Of a stretch of 64,000 nucleotides of DNA, positions 1 to 8,376 are shown piece after piece (the stretch's first letter is position 1; each line of letters begins with the position of its first letter). The position numbers and the translations under genes are program-made. The notes beneath the pieces are model-generated. The model worked only from the letters and a program-made list of their open reading frames with translations. It was not told the DNA's origin and made no database searches. The stretch is from positions 124,001-188,000 of the IMG/VR virus record IMGVR_UViG_3300024239_000014. The stretch is one strand, 5' to 3'.

Positions 1-2
1 AA

Positions 3-833
3 GTCGCTCTGGAAGGTTTCAAGGAAATGGCCAGCAAACTGGCCGAAACCCTGAAAGCTCTCTGGGCCAGAATGAAAAACATGCTGGTCGGCTTCTGGAA
101 GAAACTGACTGACTGGTCTGGCATCCAGATCAAGCGTGTTGCTGCGCTGAAGAAGAAAGTTGAAGCCGCCAAGCCGGTGAACGGTAAGGTCGACTCCACC
201 AAGCTGGCGGGTATTTCTTCGTTCGTTGGTGGTAACCTGTCTTCCAGCAACGCAGCGGGCGCTGCTGCCACGCTGGCTTCTGTTACTAACGAAATTCTGA
301 ACGGTTACGGCAAGAACCTGGTACACGCGTTCCGCGCCGTGGTCACTGCTGAAGGTCAGCAGTCTGACCTCCCCACGCTGTCCGTAAATCTCGGCACTAT
401 CACCGGTCTGAAGATTGTCGAAAAGGATGGTGCCTACGCCATCGAGACCGTTAAGACCGGCGAAGTCAAAGGTGCAGTACAGGTCGATAAAGCCGACCTG
501 GAGAAGATCTGTACTTCCCTGGAAGCTGCACTGAAGGCCGTTCAGGCCTACCGCGCGATCTGGAAGGAAACCGAAGGCGCCGCTGAAGCCGCGATCAAGG
601 CCGTTGAAAACTACGGCAAGAAGACCGAAGGCGAAGCTGCCGGTAGTGCTCTGGCCAAAAACATGGTTAGCGACACCAAGAAGGCAATGAGCGCTGCCAG
701 CAAACTGCCCGTCTCCTGGGGTAAGGTAGTGACCAACGGCACCAACGGCTTTATTAAGTACGTTGAAAAGGCCCTGAAAGCTACCGGCAAATCTCTCGGT
801 GAAACTGAAGGCAAAGAGCTCGCTACTGCCTAA
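3..833 (+). CDS. Internal head/ejection protein, phiKZ gp93/gp162-like paralogue family (5'-truncated by window edge)
   Basis: Frame is open from base 3 (VALEGFKEMASK...). The ALEGFKE motif followed by a LWARMK helix is shared with the neighbouring paralogues. Ala/Lys-rich. Confidence 0.75.
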   Translation, partial: VALEGFKEMASKLAETLKALWARMKNMLVGFWKKLTDWSGIQIKRVAALKKKVEAAKPVNGKVDSTKLAGISSFVGGNLSSSNAAGAAATLASVTNEILNGYGKNLVHAFRAVVTAEGQQSDLPTLSVNLGTITGLKIVEKDGAYAIETVKTGEVKGAVQVDKADLEKICTSLEAALKAVQAYRAIWKETEGAAEAAIKAVENYGKKTEGEAAGSALAKNMVSDTKKAMSAASKLPVSWGKVVTNGTNGFIKYVEKALKATGKSLGETEGKELATA

Positions 834-857
834 GGCGGACTGATACGTCAGTAACAG

Positions 858-883
858 TACAGGAGGCCGTTAGGCCTCCTGTA
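858..883 (+). terminator. Hairpin terminator
   Basis: TACAGGAGGCC-GTTA-GGCCTCCTGTA just after the stop at 833. Confidence 0.7.
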
Positions 884-907
884 TTTCCGTCATCAAGGAG
901 TTACGTT

Positions 908-2188
908 ATGTTGAAAGAATTATTCGCGCAATCTGGATTAACTCTGGAAGGCGATGTTCCTGACAGCGCCCCAATTGCCTTGGCGGTGCAAGAAGGCTCG
1001 AATGCGATTGATGCTGAATACGATGACGGTGAAAAGGTTATTGATAACCTCGTCGCGCTTGAATCATTGATTATCGATTTTACCGATCGTGGCCAGGCGA
1101 CGCCTGACCAGACTCAGCGTTTCCAGGTAGCCTGTGAAGGCTTCTTTAAAAACCTGACACCGGAAATGACACCGGTCGACCCCGTTGCTCTGGCGTCTGG
1201 TGGGTTGGTTAAAACCGGTTCTCTGGATCAAGGCTACGGTCTGTCCGTAGAAAGCTTCCGTGAATCCGCTCGTCAAATCTGGGAAGTGGTCAAGAAGTGG
1301 TGGGTCAGCTTTAAGACCATGATCAAAGACTGGTGGGTCAGATTGTGGGACGTCGAAGGGCGTACACGGGCTCGTCTGATCAAGGCTCACGAGAACGTTC
1401 ATCGAAGCGGCAAACACTTTCGCGACGGGATAACCATCCCGGAGTCTTTCTTCAAGTCCCATTGCCGGATTGGTTGGGGTGACATTACCGACGGCCGTAA
1501 GTTCACTGATAAAGTGTACGAAACCGGTAAGGCATCGCACTACATCTTCAATGACTACATGAAGGAAATGGAAGAATTCACCGATGGTTGGATACAGATC
1601 CTCAAAACCGGTAAAGACTTCTTGGGTCGTGATGTAATCAAGAATTATCGGGTACGACATCCTAGAGCTTTCGGCTTTGACGTCGAATTCGAACGTGTGC
1701 CGTACATGCCGAAGATTATGAATACTGTCCAGGAACATTGGAAACTGCCGAAATACAAACTTATCATGATGGATGCAGAGGAATCGAAGATTGCCGATGT
1801 AACCATCGATGAAGCGTTTGTGAAGCTGTGCTTTAATGCAACGGTTGCACTGCTCGATTGGGTATCGGGTTTCCGCAAAGATTGGCGCGCTAAGGAAGAG
1901 CGTTTGGATCGCATGTTTAAGGCCGCTGAAGCTGAATTCAATGAAGCCATGAAGGAATTTGGTGCCACGACCCGCACCATGACCTTCGAACAGACGGCTT
2001 ATATGAAATCCATTGCTCAGTTGGTGGAAGCCGTACCTCGTCAGTGGTGTAGTTTCGTTATGCGTATCTGCAACGTCACTGTGGCACTGCTGGAATCTGC
2101 TGTACACCAGGCCAAACCCAACACCGAAAAAGACGTGAATGGGCCGGCTACGGTCAAAGAACCTGGTACTGAAATGGTACCGGCATAA
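908..2188 (+). CDS. Internal head protein paralogue (426 aa)
   Basis: RBS AAGGAG. Acidic N-terminal propeptide with LTLE, VALES and LSVESFRE motifs (S/A/G-X-E type), then a WWV..IKDWW helix. Confidence 0.75.
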   Translation: MLKELFAQSGLTLEGDVPDSAPIALAVQEGSNAIDAEYDDGEKVIDNLVALESLIIDFTDRGQATPDQTQRFQVACEGFFKNLTPEMTPVDPVALASGGLVKTGSLDQGYGLSVESFRESARQIWEVVKKWWVSFKTMIKDWWVRLWDVEGRTRARLIKAHENVHRSGKHFRDGITIPESFFKSHCRIGWGDITDGRKFTDKVYETGKASHYIFNDYMKEMEEFTDGWIQILKTGKDFLGRDVIKNYRVRHPRAFGFDVEFERVPYMPKIMNTVQEHWKLPKYKLIMMDAEESKIADVTIDEAFVKLCFNATVALLDWVSGFRKDWRAKEERLDRMFKAAEAEFNEAMKEFGATTRTMTFEQTAYMKSIAQLVEAVPRQWCSFVMRICNVTVALLESAVHQAKPNTEKDVNGPATVKEPGTEMVPA

Positions 2189-2228
2189 ACGACATACAGG
2201 GAGAGGAATCCCCTCTCCCTGCTTATGT
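2189..2228 (+). terminator. Motif-led hairpin
   Basis: ACGACATA followed by a CAGGGAGAGG/CCTCTCCCTG stem. Confidence 0.65.
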
Positions 2229-2387
2229 TCGCATTTAAAAGAACGAGTTAGAAGTAATGGTCATCTTATGAAAATCGCCCATCGAGAACAGTGGAACGCA
2301 CTTCTCGGCGTGCTACTCGCTGTACAGTTAACGGTGCGGCGGGTGGTGTAATGAAAATCACCATCTCTACGTAGAAAGGAAAATGTC

Positions 2388-3389
2388 ATGTTGAAAGATT
2401 TTCTGAAGGCTAACGGCCTGGCTCTGGAAAGCGAAGAACTTCTGCCGGAAGTAATCCAGAATGATGTGCAGGCGGTTGTTGATGATGTTGAAAAAGCCAA
2501 CACCAGCGCCGACGAAGTCGTGGCTACCGACGACGCAGCCGTCGCCCTCGAATCACTGGTAGCGACCCTCGAGTCTTGCGGTGGCGCCAAGACCGCACTG
2601 GAGAAACACCTGGTTATGACTCAGGCTGCCATGCTTTACAAGAGCATGGGTCTGGCCGCTCCGGTTGTACCCGCTCTGGAGTCTGCTGATTCGTTCGAGC
2701 TTTCCCTGGAAGGCTTCAAGGAAACTGCGCAGAAAGTCGTGGCCGCCATCAAAGCTGCCTGGGAAAAGCTGGTCAAGATGTTCAAAGATCTGTGGGCGAG
2801 AATCGGCGATACCGCCGGTCGGCTGCACAAAGCATTGTCAGCGAAGTTGAAGGAAACCGAGAAAACAACGGTATCTTTCAAAGCCCCAATGTTGAATTTA
2901 GGTACTGAAACGGTAAATGACAGCAACCTTAACGAGGTGTTTACCCGGAACGACATCAAAGAAACCGTCGAGTTCTGCGACAACTTCATGCGCGATCTTT
3001 CGGAAAAGCTGAAAGCTGGAAAGTCTGACACCGTAGGTCAAGAGATTGCAGACCTTGATAAGAAGCAAGCCAACCAGGCTAGCGAGACGAAAGAAGTTAC
3101 TTTCGAAGTAACTGTCTCGAAAGCAGGGCCGGTAATTCTGAATCAGCTCAACCAGATTTCGAAGTACCATCGTGATTGGGCCGGTCGTAATGCTCGTAAA
3201 GAAGCCCTTCTGAATGAATATACAGAAGCGCTCAAGAAAAGTTCAATCGATTCTGACATGTACCCAGAATGGTTTCTTCGCAGGGCAGCAAACGCTATCA
3301 TGAAAGCCGCCAAAATGGAAGAACGTACCATGACCATATGTTCTACTCAGACTATTCGCGTCGCGAACAAGTTCATGGCTACTCTGTAA
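2388..3389 (+). CDS. Internal head protein paralogue (333 aa)
   Basis: RBS AAGGA. LALESEE, AVALES, VPALES and LSLEGFKE motifs. Confidence 0.8.
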   Translation: MLKDFLKANGLALESEELLPEVIQNDVQAVVDDVEKANTSADEVVATDDAAVALESLVATLESCGGAKTALEKHLVMTQAAMLYKSMGLAAPVVPALESADSFELSLEGFKETAQKVVAAIKAAWEKLVKMFKDLWARIGDTAGRLHKALSAKLKETEKTTVSFKAPMLNLGTETVNDSNLNEVFTRNDIKETVEFCDNFMRDLSEKLKAGKSDTVGQEIADLDKKQANQASETKEVTFEVTVSKAGPVILNQLNQISKYHRDWAGRNARKEALLNEYTEALKKSSIDSDMYPEWFLRRAANAIMKAAKMEERTMTICSTQTIRVANKFMATL

Positions 3390-3391
3390 CA

Positions 3392-3431
3392 AACAGCATA
3401 AAGGAGGGTCATTCGACCCTCCTTTATGCCA
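3392..3431. terminator. Bidirectional motif-led hairpin between convergent genes
   Basis: ACAGCATA-AAGGAGGGTC-ATTC-GACCCTCCTT-TATGCC. Confidence 0.75.
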
Positions 3432-3481
3432 CTTATGCATGCAATCAAAAAAAGAAAGGAGTGGCCCTTTCTTTTAGGCTA

Positions 3482-3715
3482 CTAGCCTTCTTCACGTTTA
3501 ATGTTCCTGATGGTGTACAAAATCACCACCAATAAGACGAGAAACGTGGATTGAGGTTCGAGTTGTGCAAACTGGTAAATCTCACGTGCGATGACGCTCA
3601 GGCCGTAGAACAACCCGTAGGTCATGGTACCTAACCCGATAAAGATCAGAAGCAAGATAACCGCGGTGATAATAAAACCAGCAATGGTGGTTTCCATACT
3701 GCGACGACGTAACAC
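3482..3715 (-). CDS. Small membrane protein
   Basis: 77 aa with two hydrophobic segments; lies in the operon downstream of the BRCT gene. Confidence 0.55.
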   Translation of the reverse strand: MLRRRSMETTIAGFIITAVILLLIFIGLGTMTYGLFYGLSVIAREIYQFAQLEPQSTFLVLLVVILYTIRNIKREEG

Positions 3716-3728
3716 AGTGTTCTCCTTT

Positions 3729-4217
3729 CTAACTGTTATCCCAAATGAGTTTCATAAATTCATCCTCGTTCAATCGAGGGATCATGAACTCCATCGCACT
3801 GACGATCTTGTGCTCTGTTGGCAGACGACCGCAGACCAGATAAGTCGTGGTAGCTCTGACTTGAGTGGAGATTGCAAAGCCGGCAGCTTTAGCCGCTTCG
3901 ATGGCTTCTTTACGAGTCATGGTGCTCAAGGTGCCGGTGATCACAATCCGCGGGGCCTTATCAGACGACAACTTACCGTAGATCAGCTCCAGGAGCTCTT
4001 CAGCGTTGTATACGGTCGTTGGCGCATACTGGCGAAAGGAAGGTAGCTTCTTGACCTCGTCGTCTCCTAGCGCGTAATAGCAGCCTTCCTGAGGACGGTC
4101 TACAACCGTACCGCCAAGGAACTCCAAGAGCTCCTTAGCACCGGATTGCGTGAGGTAGCCAAAGACGTTACCAACCAGGAAGAAGGACTTACCTGCTAAG
4201 CTGTGTTTCTTGGCCAT
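3729..4217 (-). CDS. Stand-alone tandem BRCT-domain protein
   Basis: Two BRCT-like repeats: KSFFLVGNVFGYLTQSGAKELLEFLGGTV and RIVITGTLSTMTRKEAIEAAKAAGFAISTQVRATTTYLVCG...IPRLNEDEFMKLI (NAD-ligase-type BRCT pattern). Confidence 0.8.
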   Translation of the reverse strand: MAKKHSLAGKSFFLVGNVFGYLTQSGAKELLEFLGGTVVDRPQEGCYYALGDDEVKKLPSFRQYAPTTVYNAEELLELIYGKLSSDKAPRIVITGTLSTMTRKEAIEAAKAAGFAISTQVRATTTYLVCGRLPTEHKIVSAMEFMIPRLNEDEFMKLIWDNS

Positions 4218-4245
4218 TTAATCCTCCCGTTGATGTTGTAACGAA

Positions 4246-4968
4246 CTACTTCACCACCCGCAGATGGCTTCGTTTTTCTTCGGCGACTTCTGGGAAGTTG
4301 TACTTCTCAGACATTTCTATCTGGTAGGATAAGTCAGAACTCCTACAGGCAACGGTATATAAAACCTCCATGGGTTCGTCCGACGGTGTAGAAGTAAAAC
4401 AGAGTAAAAAGTCTTTGTTTGTAACTGTGACTTGTGTTAGCGCTTTCACTTTACCGGACGTTAGTCGTCTAAAACGATCAAAAAAACGATTGACACTATC
4501 GATATCTACGTGGCGGACTTTTCCATCGCGCTGTGTAGCAAAGTAACGAAAACCGTCAGTCAAAGGTGAGTCAACCAACCTTTTGTAGACTCCTTCTCTT
4601 GGTGGGGAATTTTGGTCATAGAAGCAAGATATGCCCATACCCGTATACGCTGCAATTGAGGTAGAACCAACCTCTATAACGTCAAATCCCACGATACATT
4701 GGATGATGACGACAGAATCATTTACCTTTAAAGTCAATTCGTCGATATTTTGACTGCGAGGTAGCGGAGTATACCCAGAGATGATGTCGCGACCATCCTG
4801 AATAATCGCATCCATGTCATTCAAGACAATCAACGCCGGTGCCAACTTACCGCCGAAAATATCGACCAGAGCGTTTGTCATCTCCCGTCTTGTTTTTGAT
4901 GACACGCCGCCTGCTACAGTTTCTGCATAATAGCAGGCTGCCAGTTCAGTGTGAGTACGATCATCCAT
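4246..4968 (-). CDS. Hypothetical protein (240 aa)
   Basis: RBS AGGAGG; tight operon packing. Confidence 0.7.
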   Translation of the reverse strand: MDDRTHTELAACYYAETVAGGVSSKTRREMTNALVDIFGGKLAPALIVLNDMDAIIQDGRDIISGYTPLPRSQNIDELTLKVNDSVVIIQCIVGFDVIEVGSTSIAAYTGMGISCFYDQNSPPREGVYKRLVDSPLTDGFRYFATQRDGKVRHVDIDSVNRFFDRFRRLTSGKVKALTQVTVTNKDFLLCFTSTPSDEPMEVLYTVACRSSDLSYQIEMSEKYNFPEVAEEKRSHLRVVK

Positions 4969-4976
4969 ATATCCTC

Positions 4977-5411
4977 CTACAGCAACCCTTTCAGTACCAC
5001 CTGACGACCAATGAGTTCTTCTGACTGCCTGACCTTCGTTTCGCGCGATACACCATGTACATCATTCGACCCGTGTGTATTGAGCACCACGAGATCAAAC
5101 ACCTGGTACCCGTACTTCTCAGCCAGGTCACGATACGGATTCGTGTGAATCTCACGGGTGAAGGTGTTGGTCACAAAGATGCGACCATCGCTGATCTTCA
5201 TGGCAGATTCAACGCACTTGATGCACCAGTTATGGGCTTCCTGAATTTCAGCTGGTTCGAACTGATACGCACCGTTCTTGTTGAAGTAATCGTCAGCTGC
5301 CAGTACCACATCGTCTTCGTGCGTGGCCAGGAGTTTAGCCAAGGTGGTCTTGCCGCTGCCAGATACCCCAGCAATCAGAAACAGAATCTTCTCAGCAGAC
5401 TTAGCCATCAC
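4977..5411 (-). CDS. P-loop kinase, AAA_33/N4BP2-like polynucleotide-kinase type
   Basis: GVSGSGKTT Walker A, AADDYF, YQF...AHNWC, FVTNTF. Confidence 0.8.
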   Translation of the reverse strand: MMAKSAEKILFLIAGVSGSGKTTLAKLLATHEDDVVLAADDYFNKNGAYQFEPAEIQEAHNWCIKCVESAMKISDGRIFVTNTFTREIHTNPYRDLAEKYGYQVFDLVVLNTHGSNDVHGVSRETKVRQSEELIGRQVVLKGLL

Positions 5412-5430
5412 ACACCTCGGTTAACATAGG

Positions 5431-5468
5431 GAATAAGTAGGGAGTCCTAATGGACTCCCCGTATGGCG
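5431..5468 (-). terminator. Motif-led hairpin without U-tract
   Basis: CGCCATAC then a GGGAGTCC/GGACTCCC stem. Confidence 0.6.
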
Positions 5469-5846
5469 TCAAAGGTCTTCAAACTGTGGTACAAAGCTCG
5501 TACCGCGACGGGCGTTATACCAATCCAGCAGGTCCTTGGTCTTGCCGCTGCGTAAGGCCTGACCGCAGATTCTGATCCGCCCGCCAGCCAAGTCATCAAA
5601 CACGCACTCCTGGTCTTCACTAAGCAGATAGCGTTTTAACCTGATACCGTATTCGTACTTCCGCACGATCCGTTTACCGGGGCCGCGTTTACGCTTCACT
5701 GCATGTAAACAATGAATGGAGAATAAGGCCTTATACGCACCGCGCACCGAAGGGGGTTGTATCTGACAGCCATTTTCCCATTCGATCTTTTCTTCAGGTC
5801 CCCAACTGTACACGCCTGCAGTTCCCAATTGACCTTTAGTTTTCAT
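5469..5846 (-). CDS. Hypothetical protein (125 aa, basic)
   Basis: RBS AAGGAAG; operon position. Confidence 0.65.
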   Translation of the reverse strand: MKTKGQLGTAGVYSWGPEEKIEWENGCQIQPPSVRGAYKALFSIHCLHAVKRKRGPGKRIVRKYEYGIRLKRYLLSEDQECVFDDLAGGRIRICGQALRSGKTKDLLDWYNARRGTSFVPQFEDL

Positions 5847-5856
5847 GGTGTCTTCC

Positions 5857-6054
5857 TTACTGGATCAGACCCTGCTTGCGGAAACGACGACGCCATTCGC
5901 GGTTCATGTACCGCTCGAGGTTCTCGCTGTCATTGATTTCAAACGGATTGCGCGGCGCTACATGGCGCGGGTATAAACCCGTCACAATCGGGTTACCGAG
6001 AGTTAGCAGTGGAAAGAGGGCACACAAAGCAGCTTTACCGATAAAACCAAACAT
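5857..6054 (-). CDS. Small protein with hydrophobic N-terminus (65 aa)
   Basis: RBS GAGGT; first gene after the promoter motif at 6141-6156. Confidence 0.6.
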   Translation of the reverse strand: MFGFIGKAALCALFPLLTLGNPIVTGLYPRHVAPRNPFEINDSENLERYMNREWRRRFRKQGLIQ

Positions 6055-6140
6055 GATGTTAACCTCGAAACAGGGTGTGGATAAACTAGGATAGAGGGTC
6101 TTCTATAAGGTACCTTTTACGGTACATTTTAACGGATGTG

Positions 6141-6156
6141 CACCGAAGTGATATAG
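6141..6156 (-). promoter_or_regulatory. Putative early (virion RNAP) promoter
   Basis: CTATATCAC-TTCG-GTG; resembles phiKZ early consensus TATATTAC. Confidence 0.7.
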
Positions 6157-6224
6157 GTATCAAATTGACTCGTTTTATATGATCTTGCCTTTCTTATTTC
6201 CATAATTTGCGTTACCGTTAGAGG

Positions 6225-7337
6225 ATGAACGACATGCTCAAGGACCTACTTGCGCTTCGAGGTATTTCGACTGAGTCGGAAGAGCTCGAGCAACCTTACG
6301 ACATTGAAGCTGTGCATGATGCCATTACGTCAGACGTGGCTGACACCGAAACTGCAGAAGGCGTGGTTTCCACTCTCGAATCGCTGGTAGTAGTTCTTGA
6401 AAGCCAGTCGACGCTCTCCGATCGCGAAATCAAATACATTCGCTATGCTGCTGAGGCTGAAGTCTCGTGCCACCTTTTCGGTAAGGCCAAGCCACTGGCG
6501 CTGGAATCAGACGAACCGGCAGACCGTGAAGAAGTCAAGTCTGGCATCGGTGACAAAATCAAAGCCATTGCCAAGACCGTGGTAGACTTTATCCGTTCCA
6601 TTTACGCCAAAATCCGTGGATTCATTGCCAGCCTTGTGGACGGTTGTAAACGCCGTATCGCAAGAGCGCGTGACATGATCCAAAAGCTGCGCGCTAAGGG
6701 CGATAAAGACCCTCAGAACGATCCGGTCGCCAAAGAAGATGCTGGGGTACCCGTTCACAGCTACACACTCGTCATCGGCGATAAGCCGCACGAATACGAG
6801 CACATGCTCAAGGCAGCCAACGATACGGCCAACCACGTTCTGGACGTCAAGAAGTACGAGGCGGTCGTGAAGACCTACGTGGAACACGATCAGCTTGGTG
6901 AACACGCCCTGCCGTTGATTTCACCAATGCAAGCACGTTACCTGCCTGGTCGTCCGACCATTGATTACGATGAGGATAACAAAACCCTGAAGTTCCGGTT
7001 GACGGAAGACATGTTTGATCACGCCGCAGTAGGTGTACCGATGATGGACACCCGTACGCTGATTCGACTGACTGACCTCATTCAGGATATCTCATCCCGG
7101 GTTGGTGAGTTTGGTGATTCGTGGCGTCAGTTTGATCACTACGTTGAACATCAACTGGTGGAGATGTTGCACCACGTCGCCAATGCCGCGAAGGGTGAGA
7201 GTATCGATGTGAAGTACCGTAAGGTGCGCAACCTCTTTACCAGCTTTGCGCAAGCTCCTCGCAGTTTTGGTTTGTACGTGTTGCGTTTGGCTGACGCCTC
7301 GTATGACTATGTGAAGTACTGCTACAGTCGGTATTGA
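6225..7337 (+). CDS. Internal head protein paralogue (370 aa)
   Basis: N-terminus NDMLKDLL..ISTESEE mirrors 2388..3389; STLES and LALESDE motifs. Confidence 0.7.
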   Translation: MNDMLKDLLALRGISTESEELEQPYDIEAVHDAITSDVADTETAEGVVSTLESLVVVLESQSTLSDREIKYIRYAAEAEVSCHLFGKAKPLALESDEPADREEVKSGIGDKIKAIAKTVVDFIRSIYAKIRGFIASLVDGCKRRIARARDMIQKLRAKGDKDPQNDPVAKEDAGVPVHSYTLVIGDKPHEYEHMLKAANDTANHVLDVKKYEAVVKTYVEHDQLGEHALPLISPMQARYLPGRPTIDYDEDNKTLKFRLTEDMFDHAAVGVPMMDTRTLIRLTDLIQDISSRVGEFGDSWRQFDHYVEHQLVEMLHHVANAAKGESIDVKYRKVRNLFTSFAQAPRSFGLYVLRLADASYDYVKYCYSRY

Positions 7338-7340
7338 GGC

Positions 7341-7381
7341 AAAAAAAGAGGAGGACCACTCGGTCCTCCTCTATGCCGTTA
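7341..7381 (-). terminator. Motif-led hairpin with U-tract (convergent junction)
   Basis: TAACGGCATA-GAGGAGGACC-GAGT-GGTCCTCCTC-T7. Confidence 0.8.
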
Positions 7382-7387
7382 GTACAG

Positions 7388-7768
7388 TTACTCGTCGTCG
7401 CTGTCTTCAGGTTCCTCGAGTTCATCGCTGAACACGAAGGACATGCTTTCACGTTCGACCACATCCACTGCCAAAGCTTCAGCCACTTCTTCGGCGTAAC
7501 CGGTGGCCATTGGACGGTTATCGAACACACCGAGCAAGTCGTCGTCAGCACGAACAGGCTCGCCGCTTTCACCGCAGCTTTCACAGTAAGTCAGGATGAT
7601 GCCGAAGCGGGTACATTCACCGTCAAGCGGCTCAACCAACGGTGCAGGTGTTTCGCCGCGATCAAAGGCCTCGAGGTCGACAGATTCAACGCCTTCGGCT
7701 TCGATTTTCTGCCCATACTTCTCGAGCACTTCCTCAGGCGTCGGCGCTTCGTTGATTTTCGTAAACAT
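7388..7768 (-). CDS. Acidic hypothetical protein (126 aa)
   Basis: RBS-like AGAGAG; last gene of operon. Confidence 0.7.
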   Translation of the reverse strand: MFTKINEAPTPEEVLEKYGQKIEAEGVESVDLEAFDRGETPAPLVEPLDGECTRFGIILTYCESCGESGEPVRADDDLLGVFDNRPMATGYAEEVAEALAVDVVERESMSFVFSDELEEPEDSDDE

Positions 7769-7800
7769 GGTGGTGTCTCTCTGGTGTGGAGGTTAAAACA

Positions 7801-8352
7801 TCAGACTTTGGCCATCAGCACCGTGATGCCGCTGTCCTGGTAGTGCTTGAGCAACAGCTCGTACAGCTTCATCGGCGATTCGGCAGCCAGGTAGGTGTCG
7901 GTCGGCTTGTCAAACGCTACGTAGTAGTCGTTGGTCTCACCGGCTGGGGTGGTACGCCCTTTGGCCAGTGGGTTGTAGTGACCGAAGGCCACCAGACGTT
8001 CGTCTGCGAATTCGACCTTCCAGCCGGGAGTAGCCGAAACCTTCAGAGATGCCAGATAGCCCGCCATGGCGGCAGTCCGGGCATTGTAGGTGCCAGCCGC
8101 TGTATGGAAGACCCCTTTCGGGAAACGACCTTCAGCACCCATGGTATCGACCAGACAATCGAGATGGACGATCTTTTCCACGTCTGCCACGAACTTCTCG
8201 GCAGCGCGGGTCAGCAGCTTGAGGCTGCTATCCAGCACGATATTCTGGGCACCTGCCAGGGCTTCATTGGTCTTTTGGACCACATTCGACAAAATAAGCT
8301 TAGCCACTTGAGCTCCTTGTTGGATGAAAACGGATACCGATACCTTACGCAT
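7801..8352 (-). CDS. Hypothetical protein (183 aa)
   Basis: Operon packing; phage-like codon usage. Confidence 0.7.
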   Translation of the reverse strand: MRKVSVSVFIQQGAQVAKLILSNVVQKTNEALAGAQNIVLDSSLKLLTRAAEKFVADVEKIVHLDCLVDTMGAEGRFPKGVFHTAAGTYNARTAAMAGYLASLKVSATPGWKVEFADERLVAFGHYNPLAKGRTTPAGETNDYYVAFDKPTDTYLAAESPMKLYELLLKHYQDSGITVLMAKV

Positions 8353-8376
8353 ACTAGCACCGGTACCCGTTAATTT

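Noticed and set aside
1064-2107. 347 aa minus-strand ORF
   Set aside because: Antisense shadow of the 908..2188 gene; no RBS or motifs
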